A DNA stretch of 64,000 nt from Candidatus Cloacimonadota bacterium (GCA_963667145.1 OY762943.1:1236251-1300250); one strand, 5' to 3'; positions 8,401 through 17,869 are shown, numbered from the stretch's first letter. Notes: generated by a model from the sequence alone, not told the origin. Numbers and translations are program-made.

Positions 8401-10446
8401 TTTAACCTTGTAAATGCTGCCACTCTCCACATTGGAAGATAAGCCACCAGCATCGCCTCTTACGGAGGTTATTATGGCTCTTGTTACGGAGGCATCGTCT
8501 ATTCCTCCTCTTTCTCCTGCTCTCCCATATAAACCACCTGCATTACTGCCGTTGGCTGTGACTATTAAACTATCTGCGTAGCATTTGTAAATAGTCCCAG
8601 TAAACCAACCTGCTAAACCTCCGACGTTGTCATTTCCCGTGATAGTGGCAGAATCTATGGTACAATTGGAAATCTTTGCGCCTGTGACTGCAGTTAAACC
8701 TCCTGCTTGATCTTTTGCATCTACTCTAACTTTGGCAACTTTAACCTTGTAAATGCTGTCACTCATCACATTGGAAGATAAGCCACCTGCATTACCATTT
8801 GTGGAGGTTATAATGGCTCTTGTTACAGAGGCGTCGTCAATTGCTCCATTTGCATTTCCATATCCGTATAAACCTCCCGCATATGTAGTTAAAGATGTGC
8901 TTGAAGCTGTTACTCTCAGGCTGTCTGCATAGCATTTGTAAATAGTGCCAGTAAACCATCCTGCCAAACCTCCAACATTGGTAATTCCGGTAATGGTGGA
9001 AGAATCTATGGTACAATTGGAGATCTTTCCGCCTGTTGATGCCGACAGACCTCCTGCTTGACCATTGCTTTTAGAAACAACTCTCACCTTGGATACGTTA
9101 GTATAGGAGATGTTGCCAGAACCTCCTTCTGCCGACAATCCTCCCACATTGCCATTGGAAGTGATAGAAGCATTTTTTACAGAACATTTTGTAATAGGCA
9201 CTGATGCAGGTGATTCTATAAATGCGTACAGTCCCCCTGCGTAGTTGGTTGATGCAGTGATGTTGGCTCTTGTCACAGAACATGTGTCAACTGTCCCCGA
9301 TATCTTCCCATATCCAAATAAACCACCTGCATATATGTCCGAGGCTTTAACACTTACACTATCCACAGTACATTTGAAGACAGAGCCAGCCAAATGTCCA
9401 ATCAACCCTCCAACACATTGAGTTCCTTCGATAGTGGAAGAATCTATAGTGGAATTGGAGACAGAACCAGCCAAATCTCCAACTAAACCTCCAACATAGC
9501 GATAACCTGAGACGGTGGTAGAATCTACTTTACAATTGGTAATATTAGCCGACAAATAGGAAGTTATTCCTCCTGCTTGTCCATTGCAAGTAATTGCCAC
9601 CTTAGAGATTGTAATATCAGAAATACTTTTATCTCCTGCTTTCCCCGCCAAGCCACCTACATCTCCTGCACCAGTAAGAGCCAAATTGTACACTTTGCAG
9701 TTTTCGATAGTCCCATAAGCATATCCAACTATGCCACCTATATATTGATTGCCCGAGATAAGCACCTTTTCGGCAGAAGTGCCGATTACAGTACAGTTTC
9801 TAATTTTGCCTGTGGCGGACAAAGAACCAACCAACACCCCTACATAGTCGCTAGAGGAGGTAGAAGTTCCTATTAAGCTGTTGATTTTCACCGTAAGGTC
9901 ATGCACACTGTCAGAAACCGTTGCAAAAAGTCCAGTCTTGGAGCAGTCTGTCCTGAGGGTGAAATTTTCGATAGTGTGTCCATTTCCGTTGAACCTGACA
10001 ACGTTGAATAGTGGATAAATCGTGTCTCCACCGAAGTTTAGAGGAGAAGATAAATCCACGCTAATTTTATACCCATAGAGACCTATAAGTTTTTTATAAT
10101 CATCAGTGGTAGAGATGATTACAGTTGTGTCATAGAGTGTAGAATAATTTTCTTGCTCAATTCGGTGCACAGGTAGTCCCGATTTTTTAAGCCACGGGTT
10201 ACCTACAGAATCTAAAACCCCTGTTAAAGGATTCCAGCCAAGATTCTGCCAAAAATTTACGTTCTGCAAATCGGTGTTAGAAACAGATTTGCCCTCTTTG
10301 TCATCAATAGCCGCTAATACAGCCTCGCCAGTGGGCAGAGAACCGCTCTGCAAAATCGAGTTTACACCTAAATCTGTCGCTAAAACACCTGAAAAGCAAG
10401 CAACCGACAGAATTGTTAACAAAAATTTTCTGAAAGAAACAATCAT
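5431..10446 (-). CDS. Giant (~1672 aa) secreted/surface protein with tandem GLUG-type repeats
   Basis: The start is chosen at ATG 10446 (MIVSFRKFLLTILSVACFSGVLA, preceded by ggagaaaaaaATG). There are dozens of about 27-aa units of the type VGGLVGxxxGxIxNCxVDSxxIxG (GLUG motif, PF07581-like). Internal DNA is highly repetitive; for example, units of about 340-430 bp near 8130-8560 and 8470-8900 are near-identical. Confidence 0.75.
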   Translation of the reverse strand: MIVSFRKFLLTILSVACFSGVLATDLGVNSILQSGSLPTGEAVLAAIDDKEGKSVSNTDLQNVNFWQNLGWNPLTGVLDSVGNPWLKKSGLPVHRIEQENYSTLYDTTVIISTTDDYKKLIGLYGYKISVDLSSPLNFGGDTIYPLFNVVRFNGNGHTIENFTLRTDCSKTGLFATVSDSVHDLTVKINSLIGTSTSSSDYVGVLVGSLSATGKIRNCTVIGTSAEKVLISGNQYIGGIVGYAYGTIENCKVYNLALTGAGDVGGLAGKAGDKSISDITISKVAITCNGQAGGITSYLSANITNCKVDSTTVSGYRYVGGLVGDLAGSVSNSTIDSSTIEGTQCVGGLIGHLAGSVFKCTVDSVSVKASDIYAGGLFGYGKISGTVDTCSVTRANITASTNYAGGLYAFIESPASVPITKCSVKNASITSNGNVGGLSAEGGSGNISYTNVSKVRVVSKSNGQAGGLSASTGGKISNCTIDSSTITGITNVGGLAGWFTGTIYKCYADSLRVTASSTSLTTYAGGLYGYGNANGAIDDASVTRAIITSTNGNAGGLSSNVMSDSIYKVKVAKVRVDAKDQAGGLTAVTGAKISNCTIDSATITGNDNVGGLAGWFTGTIYKCYADSLIVTANGSNAGGLYGRAGERGGIDDASVTRAIITSVRGDAGGLSSNVESGSIYKVKVAKVRVDAKERAGGLTAATGVNISNCTIDSATITGYNNVGGLAGWFTGTIYKCYADSLIVTANNNYAGGLYGYGDSNGGIDDASVTRAIITSVKGDAGGLCPWVYYGNISNAKVSKIRVEADEKAGGLTGLIDGNITNCKVDSSTIIGKNEVGGLAGYFRGLASDCSVDSLFIQSSGIDSDAGGIYGKGSGSGLRDTITNVVISSANGSGGGAVGYCEGSNSYLDNITLKSNITVSAKNYGGGLVGYFKGNSVKNINININDNSDKISVTVTGTSDNGIGSIAGYITNATISNVHVGANYTLSMIEGTYFGGIAGYFTGTMESCSVVGKNFSGKYKYLGGLVGYGSGKISSSFVSNCTIKTTNTLEGATGGIVGEFGGEYIHSCAVIKNTSITGGSQTGGIVGSAGCKITNSHVDGATLYMSGGSNFGGIVGYSGGEVSCCLVSGTTIKSDITSTSSGYIGGIVGYNGAGDIKNCVAMINYFDIKAKYAKNGDNSRLGRIVGTNASGSLSNNYGWVETYIKYYHKRFGINWNNSDYNKGTGNVSTGLKNGENLYAGSEPPKTVTPKLYNNASFWTDIGFNAFDWDISRANSKYYPCLTFLQSRSDDIDNMGQARGFEYEKYLIDGYTPGNYFTSEISVFTPQILFANTDGPGVYVNNTNIKLYTDILLEEGSESATFWSVDLNGSTAGTAKNSLFGFANVSTSMTSPNNFYGNGHSIDGYKNISNTISEYEGIIHAPDVSLSISKLEVDFFHRTYVSHGDPYPRHFGSLISSRTRSSLPNGRDPIYFEDIYVKNAYIYSDRISLNQVPYGNPVYTDCVGAIGGLVYNVSGERLAVYLDSGYNMYSDGGTVAGVFGYIPSSNLTNIAIYLKLACLPDKPDELLNISSVYQYYVSMGGIYVPQLHYMSYIANHLSSTCSSFEIADGGDYLDGSKSYSITPSTYNKSYPTRSTFYETLVHSGIKGYSAWNIPDNVTNPDKVYLNRTAHSWYE

Positions 10447-10808
10447 TTTTTTCTCCAATAAATACTCCATGTCAAATAAAATAAAAGTAACAAAAAAAGT
10501 CAAATAAAAAGGTGTAATCGTAAATATGTGGGTAATGTTTAGTCATCTTTATGGACAATGTTTCTACTATAAATAAAGTGACCAAAGAAATAATTTGAGA
10601 GTGCTCCAATCCTTCCTGCTGTAAATCCCCGTTTACACGGAGAAGATGCTTTGTTTATTAATTTTTCTAATTCTCATGTCTGTAAAAAATAGGTATCTAT
10701 TATTAACTGATTTCTTGAACAACAATTCCACAGAAAGCCATAATGAGAATTGCATATAATCACCATAATAATTTGACAGCTCCACCACCAACTCGCGAAA
10801 ATAACTCT

Positions 10809-11474
10809 ATGAATTTCACAAACAACAACTCTAAAAACGGCAAAATCATCTCCGCCTCTCTCTACGAATATTTGAGAAGCATCGCTCCGCACGAGAACGA
10901 ATTCCTCCAAAATTTACGCAACGAAACTGTGGAACGAGTACGTCAATCGCACTTTTTGATTAGCGTAGAGCAAGCCCAATTTTTGCAATTCCTCATAAGA
11001 TTAACCAACTCCAAAAACTGCTTGGACATCGGGACTTTCACTGGATACAGTGCTCTTGTAGCTGCTCTCTCCATTCCAGACGATGGCAAGGTCATCACCT
11101 TAGACTACAAAGAAGATTTTGAGCAAATCAGGCAAAAGCACTGGAAAAGAGCGAGGGTAGCACACAAAATTCAGCAGATAATCGGACAAGCCGAAGAGAA
11201 ATTGAAGAGTCTGCAAGACCAAAAATTCGATTTCATTTTTATAGATGCAGACAAAGTCAACTACTCCAAATACCTAGAACTGTGTTTGCCGATTTTGAGC
11301 GACAACGGAGTAATCGTCGTGGACAATCTATTGCTTTCGGGGAGAATATTGGAAGACGACAATCGCACTGCTCCCAAGCTCCGCCAATTCAACAATTCCC
11401 TCAAATTGTCGGAAGAGATAGACTACACAATTCTATCTATAGCCGACGGACTTGCACTTATACAAAAGAAATAG
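10809..11474 (+). CDS. Class I SAM-dependent O-methyltransferase (family 3, caffeoyl-CoA OMT-like)
   Basis: The region LDIGTFTGYSALVAALSIPDDGKVITLDY...FDFIFIDADKVNYSKYLELCLPILSDNGVIVVDNLL matches the family 3 OMT (PF01596) SAM-binding and catalytic regions. The likely start is MNFTNN at 10809; the track ORF begins at 10743. Confidence 0.8.
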   Translation: MNFTNNNSKNGKIISASLYEYLRSIAPHENEFLQNLRNETVERVRQSHFLISVEQAQFLQFLIRLTNSKNCLDIGTFTGYSALVAALSIPDDGKVITLDYKEDFEQIRQKHWKRARVAHKIQQIIGQAEEKLKSLQDQKFDFIFIDADKVNYSKYLELCLPILSDNGVIVVDNLLLSGRILEDDNRTAPKLRQFNNSLKLSEEIDYTILSIADGLALIQKK

Positions 11475-11565
11475 ATTCTTAGGGCAATTTTGGGGGTCTT
11501 AATCTTTTGTCTTGACATTTTTTTGAATTGTCTTTTCGATTGCGAGAAAAACTGAGGACAAAGTT

Positions 11566-13086
11566 ATGGGGAAAAGCTCTGTTGCCATAGAGATGCGAAA
11601 TGCGACCAAAATCTTTGGTTCGTTTGTAGCAAATGACAAAATCAATCTGAGGGTCATGGATGGCGAAATTCACGCCATTCTCGGAGAAAACGGAGCGGGC
11701 AAATCGACCTTGATGAACATGCTCTACGGTCTCTACAGCCTTACCAGCGGTTGTATAGTAGTTGAAGGGGTAGAAAAAAAATTCAACTCTCCATCTGATG
11801 CGATTGCTTGCGGTATCGGAATGGTTCACCAACATTTTATGCTTGTCAAGCCTTTCACGGTGACTCAAAACATCATTCTCGGCTCGGAAGTTACCAAAAA
11901 GTACGGCGTTTTGGATTATCAAAAAGCTAAAGAAAAAATCGTTGAACTCTCTCAGAAATACAAATTGAACATCGACCCCGATGCCAAAATCAATCAAATT
12001 TCTGTGGGGATGCAACAGCGAGTTGAAATCTTGAAAGCTCTCTACCGCCAAGCCAACACACTAATCTTGGACGAGCCGACTGCCGTGCTAACTCCTCAGG
12101 AAATCACGGAACTTGGCAAGATTATGAAGTCACTCACTTCCGAGGGGAAAAGCATACTCTTTATCTCTCACAAGTTAAAGGAAATTAAGGATTTAGCCGA
12201 CAAATGCACCGTCATTCGCAAAGGGAAAGTAATCGACACCATAGATGTTGCTGACGCTTCCATCCAAGAGATGGCAACGATGATGGTCGGGCGTCCAGTA
12301 ATCCTGAATGTGGACAAGGGCGAGAAGCCGAAAGAGGAAATTCCTCTGCTGGAGATTAAAGACCTTTGTGTCAAAAACGAAAAAGACCTTTTGGCGGTTG
12401 ACCATCTAAATCTAACTGCATACAAGGGCGAAATTTTGGGAATTGCTGGCATCGACGGAAACGGACAGAAGGAGTTCGTGCAGGCTCTCACAGGGCTAAC
12501 GCCTACAGAAAGCGGACACGTTCTTGTCAACAACAAGGAAATCACAGGTTGCTCTCCGAAAGAAGTGAACATCCACGGAATTGGGCATATTCCCAGTGAC
12601 AGACAGAAGCACGGGCTGGTCTTGGAATATTCGGTTCAAGACAACACGATTTTGCAAACCTACAACTCCGCACTGTATTCCAAAAAGTGCATTCTGCAAA
12701 AAGATGCGATTAAAGAGCATGCCAAAAAATTGATTGAGAACTTCGACATCCGACCCACGGATGAGAACAAGCTCGCTCGCGACCTTTCGGGCGGTAATCA
12801 GCAAAAAGTGATTTTGGCGAGAGAAATTGATTCGTCTCCCGATTTGTTGATTGCCTGTCAACCCACCAGAGGCTTGGATGTGGGAGCGATAGAGTACATT
12901 CAGAAATCTCTGATAGAACACAAAAAAGCGGGCAAAACCATTCTTTTGGTCTCGCTGGAGCTGGACGAAGTGATGAACCTCTCCGACCGCATCGCCGTTA
13001 TTCATTCGGGCAAAATTGTCGGAATAGTTGACGGAGACAAATGCGACAGAAATCAGATTGGCTTGATGATGTCAGGAGGGTGTTAG
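11566..13086 (+). CDS. ABC transporter ATP-binding protein with two NBDs (nucleoside/simple-sugar family, paired with a BMP lipoprotein)
   Basis: 506 aa. Walker A GENGAGKST in the first NBD and a second NBD (GIDGNGQKEF...LSGGNQQKV). The dual-ATPase architecture is typical of CUT2/BMP-type importers. Confidence 0.9.
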   Translation: MGKSSVAIEMRNATKIFGSFVANDKINLRVMDGEIHAILGENGAGKSTLMNMLYGLYSLTSGCIVVEGVEKKFNSPSDAIACGIGMVHQHFMLVKPFTVTQNIILGSEVTKKYGVLDYQKAKEKIVELSQKYKLNIDPDAKINQISVGMQQRVEILKALYRQANTLILDEPTAVLTPQEITELGKIMKSLTSEGKSILFISHKLKEIKDLADKCTVIRKGKVIDTIDVADASIQEMATMMVGRPVILNVDKGEKPKEEIPLLEIKDLCVKNEKDLLAVDHLNLTAYKGEILGIAGIDGNGQKEFVQALTGLTPTESGHVLVNNKEITGCSPKEVNIHGIGHIPSDRQKHGLVLEYSVQDNTILQTYNSALYSKKCILQKDAIKEHAKKLIENFDIRPTDENKLARDLSGGNQQKVILAREIDSSPDLLIACQPTRGLDVGAIEYIQKSLIEHKKAGKTILLVSLELDEVMNLSDRIAVIHSGKIVGIVDGDKCDRNQIGLMMSGGC

Positions 13087-13089
13087 ATT

Positions 13090-14223
13090 ATGGAATTTCT
13101 AAGAAAAATCAAACAACTCATTATCAACCATCCAAAACTTTTCCCTCTCATCTCCATCATCATCGGTCTCATCAGCGGTGGCATCGTCTTGCTGGTTGCG
13201 GGATACAATCCGTTTCAGGCTTACGGCGTCATTCTTTGGGGAATTTTCGGCAGAGTTAGTTACCTCAGCTACACCATTGTAAAGGCGACACCTCTCATTC
13301 TCACAGGATTGTCCATCACGTTCGCCTTCCGCACTGGGCTTTTCAACATCGGAGCAGAGGGACAATTCATCATGGGGACTATCGTGGCAGCTATCTTCGG
13401 TTCAATGTTCTCCATGCCAATCTACCTGCATGTCCCTTTTATCATCTTGATGACCATCGCCATCACGGGTTTGTTCGGTGCTGTAATCGGCTTTCTGAAA
13501 GCACGTTTCGGAGTTCACGAGGTTATCACTTCCATCATGATGAACTGGATAGCTCTCTATCTGCGGAACTACTTCGTCAGAGTTTCGTGGTTAGCCAAGC
13601 CCAATAGCGAGCAGACTAATTTCATTGCGGATTCTGCTGTGATAACTTTTTTCGATAATTTCAAGATGAGTAAAGAGGGCATCAAATGGCTCGGTCAGCA
13701 TCCTTTTTTCAAAGAACTGCTCCGTGCTCCCACAAATGCGGGGATACTCTTTGCCATATTGGCGGTCATTATCGTCTATTTTATTCTAAACAAAACCACT
13801 TTGGGCTATCGATTGAAAGCTGTCGGCTTCAACCCCGATGCTGCCAAATACGGCGGAATAAACGTCAACAATAGCTTCGTCACTTCGATGTTCATTGCTG
13901 GTGCTCTTTCAGGCTTGGCAGGTGCTTTGCAGGTGATGGCTGTTTCCCACAATATCAGCATTTTATCCGTTATGGAAGGTTACGGATTTGACGGTATCGC
14001 TGTTGCTCTGATAGGCGGAAGCACAGCTTTTGGCAACCTCTGGGCAGGTATCTTCTTCGGTGCACTCAAGTATGGCGGAACCAAGTTGCAGCCCATTATG
14101 GGAGCTCCTTTTGAGATTATCAACATTATGATAGGCATAATCGTTTTCTTCGTGGCTATGCCCAAAATTATCCCTTATCTTGTTTCAATTTTTGACAAAA
14201 AAGGAGAGAAAAATGCTAAGTAA
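13090..14223 (+). CDS. ABC transporter permease (BMP/nucleoside uptake system)
   Basis: 377 aa polytopic membrane protein of the BPD_transp_2-like family, immediately downstream of the ATPase gene. Confidence 0.85.
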   Translation: MEFLRKIKQLIINHPKLFPLISIIIGLISGGIVLLVAGYNPFQAYGVILWGIFGRVSYLSYTIVKATPLILTGLSITFAFRTGLFNIGAEGQFIMGTIVAAIFGSMFSMPIYLHVPFIILMTIAITGLFGAVIGFLKARFGVHEVITSIMMNWIALYLRNYFVRVSWLAKPNSEQTNFIADSAVITFFDNFKMSKEGIKWLGQHPFFKELLRAPTNAGILFAILAVIIVYFILNKTTLGYRLKAVGFNPDAAKYGGINVNNSFVTSMFIAGALSGLAGALQVMAVSHNISILSVMEGYGFDGIAVALIGGSTAFGNLWAGIFFGALKYGGTKLQPIMGAPFEIINIMIGIIVFFVAMPKIIPYLVSIFDKKGEKNAK

Positions 14224-15154
14224 TATCGCCTTTATTCTCGGCACGACTTTTATGTACGCAACTCCTTTGGTTTACTGTGCGTTAGCAGGTGTGGTCAGCG
14301 AAAAATCTGGTGTAGTGAACATTGGGCTCGAAGGGATGATGACCATTGGAGCTTTCATCGGTGCTGCTTGCGGAGTGTATATGGGTGACCCGTTTTTGGC
14401 TTTTCTCTTTGCGGGAATTGCAGGAGGAATTATGGGACTTCTCCATGCGTTGGCTTGTGTGAGCTTCTCTGCCGACCAAGTAGTCTCTGGTGTTGCCATC
14501 AACTTCCTCGGACCTGGGCTTGCTCTTTTCTTCTCCAGAATTCTATTCAAAGGCACTACCACAACGCTTCCTGTTCAGTTATCTGACAAGATGCCGAGGA
14601 TTTTGTCGGGTGTGTTCCCCGAGAGATCTTTTTTCTACTACATTTTCGACAATATGTACGCAACGACTTATATCGCTCTACTTTTGGTGATTGTCGTTTG
14701 GTTTGTGTTGAACAAAACCGTGATTGGACTGAGGCTCTGTGCAGTTGGAGAACATCCTGCTGCCGCTCAATCTGTCGGAATAAATGTCCTCAAAATCAGA
14801 TATTGGTCTGTGGTTACATCTGGCATTTTGTCAGGCTTCGGAGGAGCGTCTCTCAGCCTTGCCATCGTTTCTAACTTCCGTCCCACACTGGTTTCTGGAC
14901 AAGGCTTCATCGCTCTTGCGGCTGTGATTTTCGGCAAGTGGAAGCCTTTCGGTGCTCTTTGGGCGTGCCTTTTGTTCGGCTTCGCTCAAGCTTTGGTTAT
15001 CTTCCTCGGACAGTACCACCAACTAAATCTTCCTACCGATTTGCTGAATATGCTCCCTTACGTCTTAACCATTCTTATCTTGGTCTATTTCGTTGGGAAA
15101 TCCGTTGCTCCGTCCGCAGATGGTGTTCCCTTTGAAAAAGAGCAAAAAATTTAA
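14213..15154 (+). CDS. ABC transporter permease, second subunit
   Basis: The start is chosen at ATG 14213 (aaaaaaggagagaaaaATG). The track ORF begins at TTG 14180. It overlaps the upstream gene by 11 bp. Confidence 0.8.
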   Translation: MLSNIAFILGTTFMYATPLVYCALAGVVSEKSGVVNIGLEGMMTIGAFIGAACGVYMGDPFLAFLFAGIAGGIMGLLHALACVSFSADQVVSGVAINFLGPGLALFFSRILFKGTTTTLPVQLSDKMPRILSGVFPERSFFYYIFDNMYATTYIALLLVIVVWFVLNKTVIGLRLCAVGEHPAAAQSVGINVLKIRYWSVVTSGILSGFGGASLSLAIVSNFRPTLVSGQGFIALAAVIFGKWKPFGALWACLLFGFAQALVIFLGQYHQLNLPTDLLNMLPYVLTILILVYFVGKSVAPSADGVPFEKEQKI

Positions 15155-15164
15155 AGGAGGTAAA

Positions 15165-16781
15165 ATGAAAAAAATCTTTTTACCAATTGTTTGTATTCTT
15201 TCCTTGATTCTAACTGGCTGTGCTACTGCAGGAACTAATGCAAGCCAACTAAACAACGGAAACAAGTTGGTGGTTTTGCACACCAACGACCATCATGGGC
15301 ATCCCTTGGCTTTTTATAACTATCCTTGTCCTGACCAAGGTGGATTGCCAGCAAGAGCTACTTTCGTCAAAGGCGTTAGAAACGAGTATTCCAACGTTTT
15401 GGTGTTGGATGCTGGCGACCTCAACACAGGAAGAGCGGAATCGAATTTCTTTGACGCCAAACCAGACATTATCGGCTACAACTACATCGGCTACGATGCC
15501 ATGGCTGTGGGAAATCACGAATTTGACCCTTCTCCTGCCAAGATGCTGAAGCAAATCAAAGCGTCCAAATTCCCTTGGCTCTGTGCCAACATCAGCAAAA
15601 ACGGCAAACCCATGAAGGGAATTAGCCCTTACATCATCAAAGATGTGAATGGTGTTAAAGTGGCGATTTTGGGACTTATCGACCCGAACACTTACATGAC
15701 GGGCAATCCTCAAAATATTCAAGACATCGAGTTTGCTGACCCTGTGGAAGTTGCGAATGACTTGGTTCCTCTGCTAAAAAGCAAAGCTGATATTGTGATT
15801 GCTCTGGTTCATTTGGGAACTTACAACCCTTTTTACGCCAAAGGAAAAGCTATCGGCAGTATTCGTTTGGCTCAAGAAGTCCAAGGTATCGATTTGATTG
15901 TCGATGGGCATTCCCACACCAAGATGAAAGAGCCTCTTGAAGTTGAAAACATAGAAAGCAAAAAGAAAATTCCTATCGTCCAAGCAGGTAGCTGGGGATT
16001 GCATATGGGCAAAGCCATTCTGACGCTCAACGAGAATAAGGGTGTTGCTTCTTTGGACTGGGAACTTTGCCCGATTAACGTTCAATATGTTGAGAAAGTG
16101 GACGGCAAAAAAGTTACCCATTACGTTGGCGAAAAGATAGAGAAAGACCCAGTATTGTTGAAGAAATTGTCCAAGTACAAAAAGAAAGTTGATGCTATTC
16201 TCTCCGAAAAAATCGGCGTTGCCAAAGAGACATTCTCCAATAAAGAAACCAGAAATCAAGAGACAGCTTTGGGCGATATGGTTTGCGACGGACAAATGTG
16301 GTACTTGAAATCAATCGGTATCAAGAAAGTTGACTTCTTCTTCCAAAACGGAGGAGGGATCAGAGCGACTCTCGGCAAAGGAGACATCCAAAAATCGACC
16401 ATTTACGAAATTCTGCCCTTTGATAACACTATCGTAACTCTCAAAATAAGTGGCGAAGATTTGCTCAAATTCTTGGAGCAAGCTGCCACCAACATCGGCG
16501 AAGGATCTATGCCTCAAGTTTCCAAAGAAGCACAATTAACTATCAAAAATGGGAAACTGGTTTCAGCTACTATCAACGGCACCCAAATCCTTCCCAACGA
16601 AACCTACACCATAGCTACCAACTCCTACCTCGCTTCAGGTGGAGACGGCTACAGCATTTTAAAAGAAAAAGGATTTGACAACTACGATACGTCTGTTATG
16701 CAAAGAGATGCGATTATCGAATACATTTCCGCTCAAAAAAGCGTTACACCAAAAACTGATAAAAGAATAAAAATTAATTAG
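15165..16781 (+). CDS. Lipoprotein 5'-nucleotidase/UDP-sugar hydrolase family (metallophosphoesterase + 5'-nucleotidase C-terminal domain)
   Basis: Strong SD (aaaggaggtaaaATG) at 15165. Lipobox LILTGCATA. Motifs VVLHTNDHHGH, GNHEFD and the GGGIRATL C-terminal substrate-binding domain. Confidence 0.85.
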   Translation: MKKIFLPIVCILSLILTGCATAGTNASQLNNGNKLVVLHTNDHHGHPLAFYNYPCPDQGGLPARATFVKGVRNEYSNVLVLDAGDLNTGRAESNFFDAKPDIIGYNYIGYDAMAVGNHEFDPSPAKMLKQIKASKFPWLCANISKNGKPMKGISPYIIKDVNGVKVAILGLIDPNTYMTGNPQNIQDIEFADPVEVANDLVPLLKSKADIVIALVHLGTYNPFYAKGKAIGSIRLAQEVQGIDLIVDGHSHTKMKEPLEVENIESKKKIPIVQAGSWGLHMGKAILTLNENKGVASLDWELCPINVQYVEKVDGKKVTHYVGEKIEKDPVLLKKLSKYKKKVDAILSEKIGVAKETFSNKETRNQETALGDMVCDGQMWYLKSIGIKKVDFFFQNGGGIRATLGKGDIQKSTIYEILPFDNTIVTLKISGEDLLKFLEQAATNIGEGSMPQVSKEAQLTIKNGKLVSATINGTQILPNETYTIATNSYLASGGDGYSILKEKGFDNYDTSVMQRDAIIEYISAQKSVTPKTDKRIKIN

Positions 16782-16795
16782 GATAAGGAGAAAAC

Positions 16796-17818
16796 ATGAA
16801 AAAAGTAATCATTTCTTTGTTGTTGGTAGTTTCCTTGCTTTTCGTCTTCGGTTGCAAAGAAAAAAAATCCAGTGAAAAAGCAGCTATAAGAGTAGCAATG
16901 GTAACTGATGTTGGAGGAGTTAACGACCAATCTTTTAACCAATCAGCTTGGGAAGGCTTAAAAAAAGCCAAAGCAGATTTGGGAGTGGAAGTTAGTTATG
17001 TGGAATCTAAACAAGACGCCGACTATTCTTCTAACTTGGAAACAGTGTTGGATGCTAAAAACGACATCATCTGGGGCATCGGTTTCAAAATGGCAGATGT
17101 CATTATGGAAGCTGCCACCAAAAATCCAGAGCAAAAATATGGAATTATCGATTTCAGCTATGGAGACAATACTCTTGCTAACATCATCTGTGTGATGTTC
17201 AAAGAGCAAGAAGCTAGCTTCTTGACTGGCTACATCGCTGCCAAGATGAGCAAAACCAAAATAATCGGTTTTGTCGGTGGTATGGATGTACCTGTGATTC
17301 ATCGCTTCAAATACGGATATTTGGCAGGTGCTAAATGTGCTGATCCTGCCGTCACTGTTCTCGACCAATATGCCGCCAGTTTCTCCGATGCTGCCAAAGG
17401 CAAAGCTATTGCTAACCAAATGTACAAAAACAATGCCGACGTTGTGATGCACGCAGCAGGCGGAGTTGGTGACGGAGTGATAGAAGCTGCCAAAGAAAAA
17501 GGCAAAATGGCTATTGGCGTGGACAGAGACCAAAACGATTTGGCTCCCGATAACGTCATCACCTCTTCTATGAAAGAAGTTGGCAAAGCTATCTATAACG
17601 TTACCGAAGCCTACACCAAAGGCGAATGGGATGGTGGCAAAACTGTGCTTTACGGACTCAAAGAGCAAGGCGTTGACGTTGCTCCCACCACTGACAAGCA
17701 CGTTCCAGCTGAAATTCTCCAAGAAGTGGAAAGCATCAAAAAAGACATTATTGAGGGTAAAATCGTAGCTCCAGCTTCCGAAGAAGCTTACAACGAATTT
17801 TTGAAAACTATCAAGTAA
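16796..17818 (+). CDS. BMP family (PnrA/TmpC-like) nucleoside-binding lipoprotein
   Basis: Lipobox LLFVFGCKE. The region VAMVTDVGGVNDQSFNQSAWEGL...GFVGGMDVPVIHRFKYGYLAGAK...AIGVDRDQ is characteristic of basic membrane protein/PnrA binding proteins. Confidence 0.85.
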   Translation: MKKVIISLLLVVSLLFVFGCKEKKSSEKAAIRVAMVTDVGGVNDQSFNQSAWEGLKKAKADLGVEVSYVESKQDADYSSNLETVLDAKNDIIWGIGFKMADVIMEAATKNPEQKYGIIDFSYGDNTLANIICVMFKEQEASFLTGYIAAKMSKTKIIGFVGGMDVPVIHRFKYGYLAGAKCADPAVTVLDQYAASFSDAAKGKAIANQMYKNNADVVMHAAGGVGDGVIEAAKEKGKMAIGVDRDQNDLAPDNVITSSMKEVGKAIYNVTEAYTKGEWDGGKTVLYGLKEQGVDVAPTTDKHVPAEILQEVESIKKDIIEGKIVAPASEEAYNEFLKTIK

Positions 17819-17835
17819 AAAATAATTCAATTCAG

Positions 17836-17869
17836 GCAGTAACCTAACGACAGGCTACTGCCTTTTTTG
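17836..17869 (+). terminator. Rho-independent terminator after the nucleoside-salvage operon
   Basis: caggcagtaacctaacgacaggctactgcctttttt: a 7-bp GC-containing stem followed by a T6 run. Confidence 0.5.

Noticed and set aside
5983-10507. + strand ORFs antisense to the GLUG giant gene (5983..6357, 7169..7477, 9577..9876, 10274..10507)
   Set aside because: They are antisense artefacts of a long repetitive gene.
11479-13005. - strand ORFs 11479..12051, 12168..12572 and 12496..13005, and + strand 11282..11482
   Set aside because: They overlap the well-supported dual-NBD ABC ATPase gene (Walker motifs) or the OMT 3' end. They have no motifs.
15249-17830. - strand ORFs 15249..15722, 15774..16295 and 16958..17830 (the last is 290 aa)
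   Set aside because: They are antisense to the 5'-nucleotidase and BMP lipoprotein genes, both of which have strong family signatures and Shine-Dalgarno sites.
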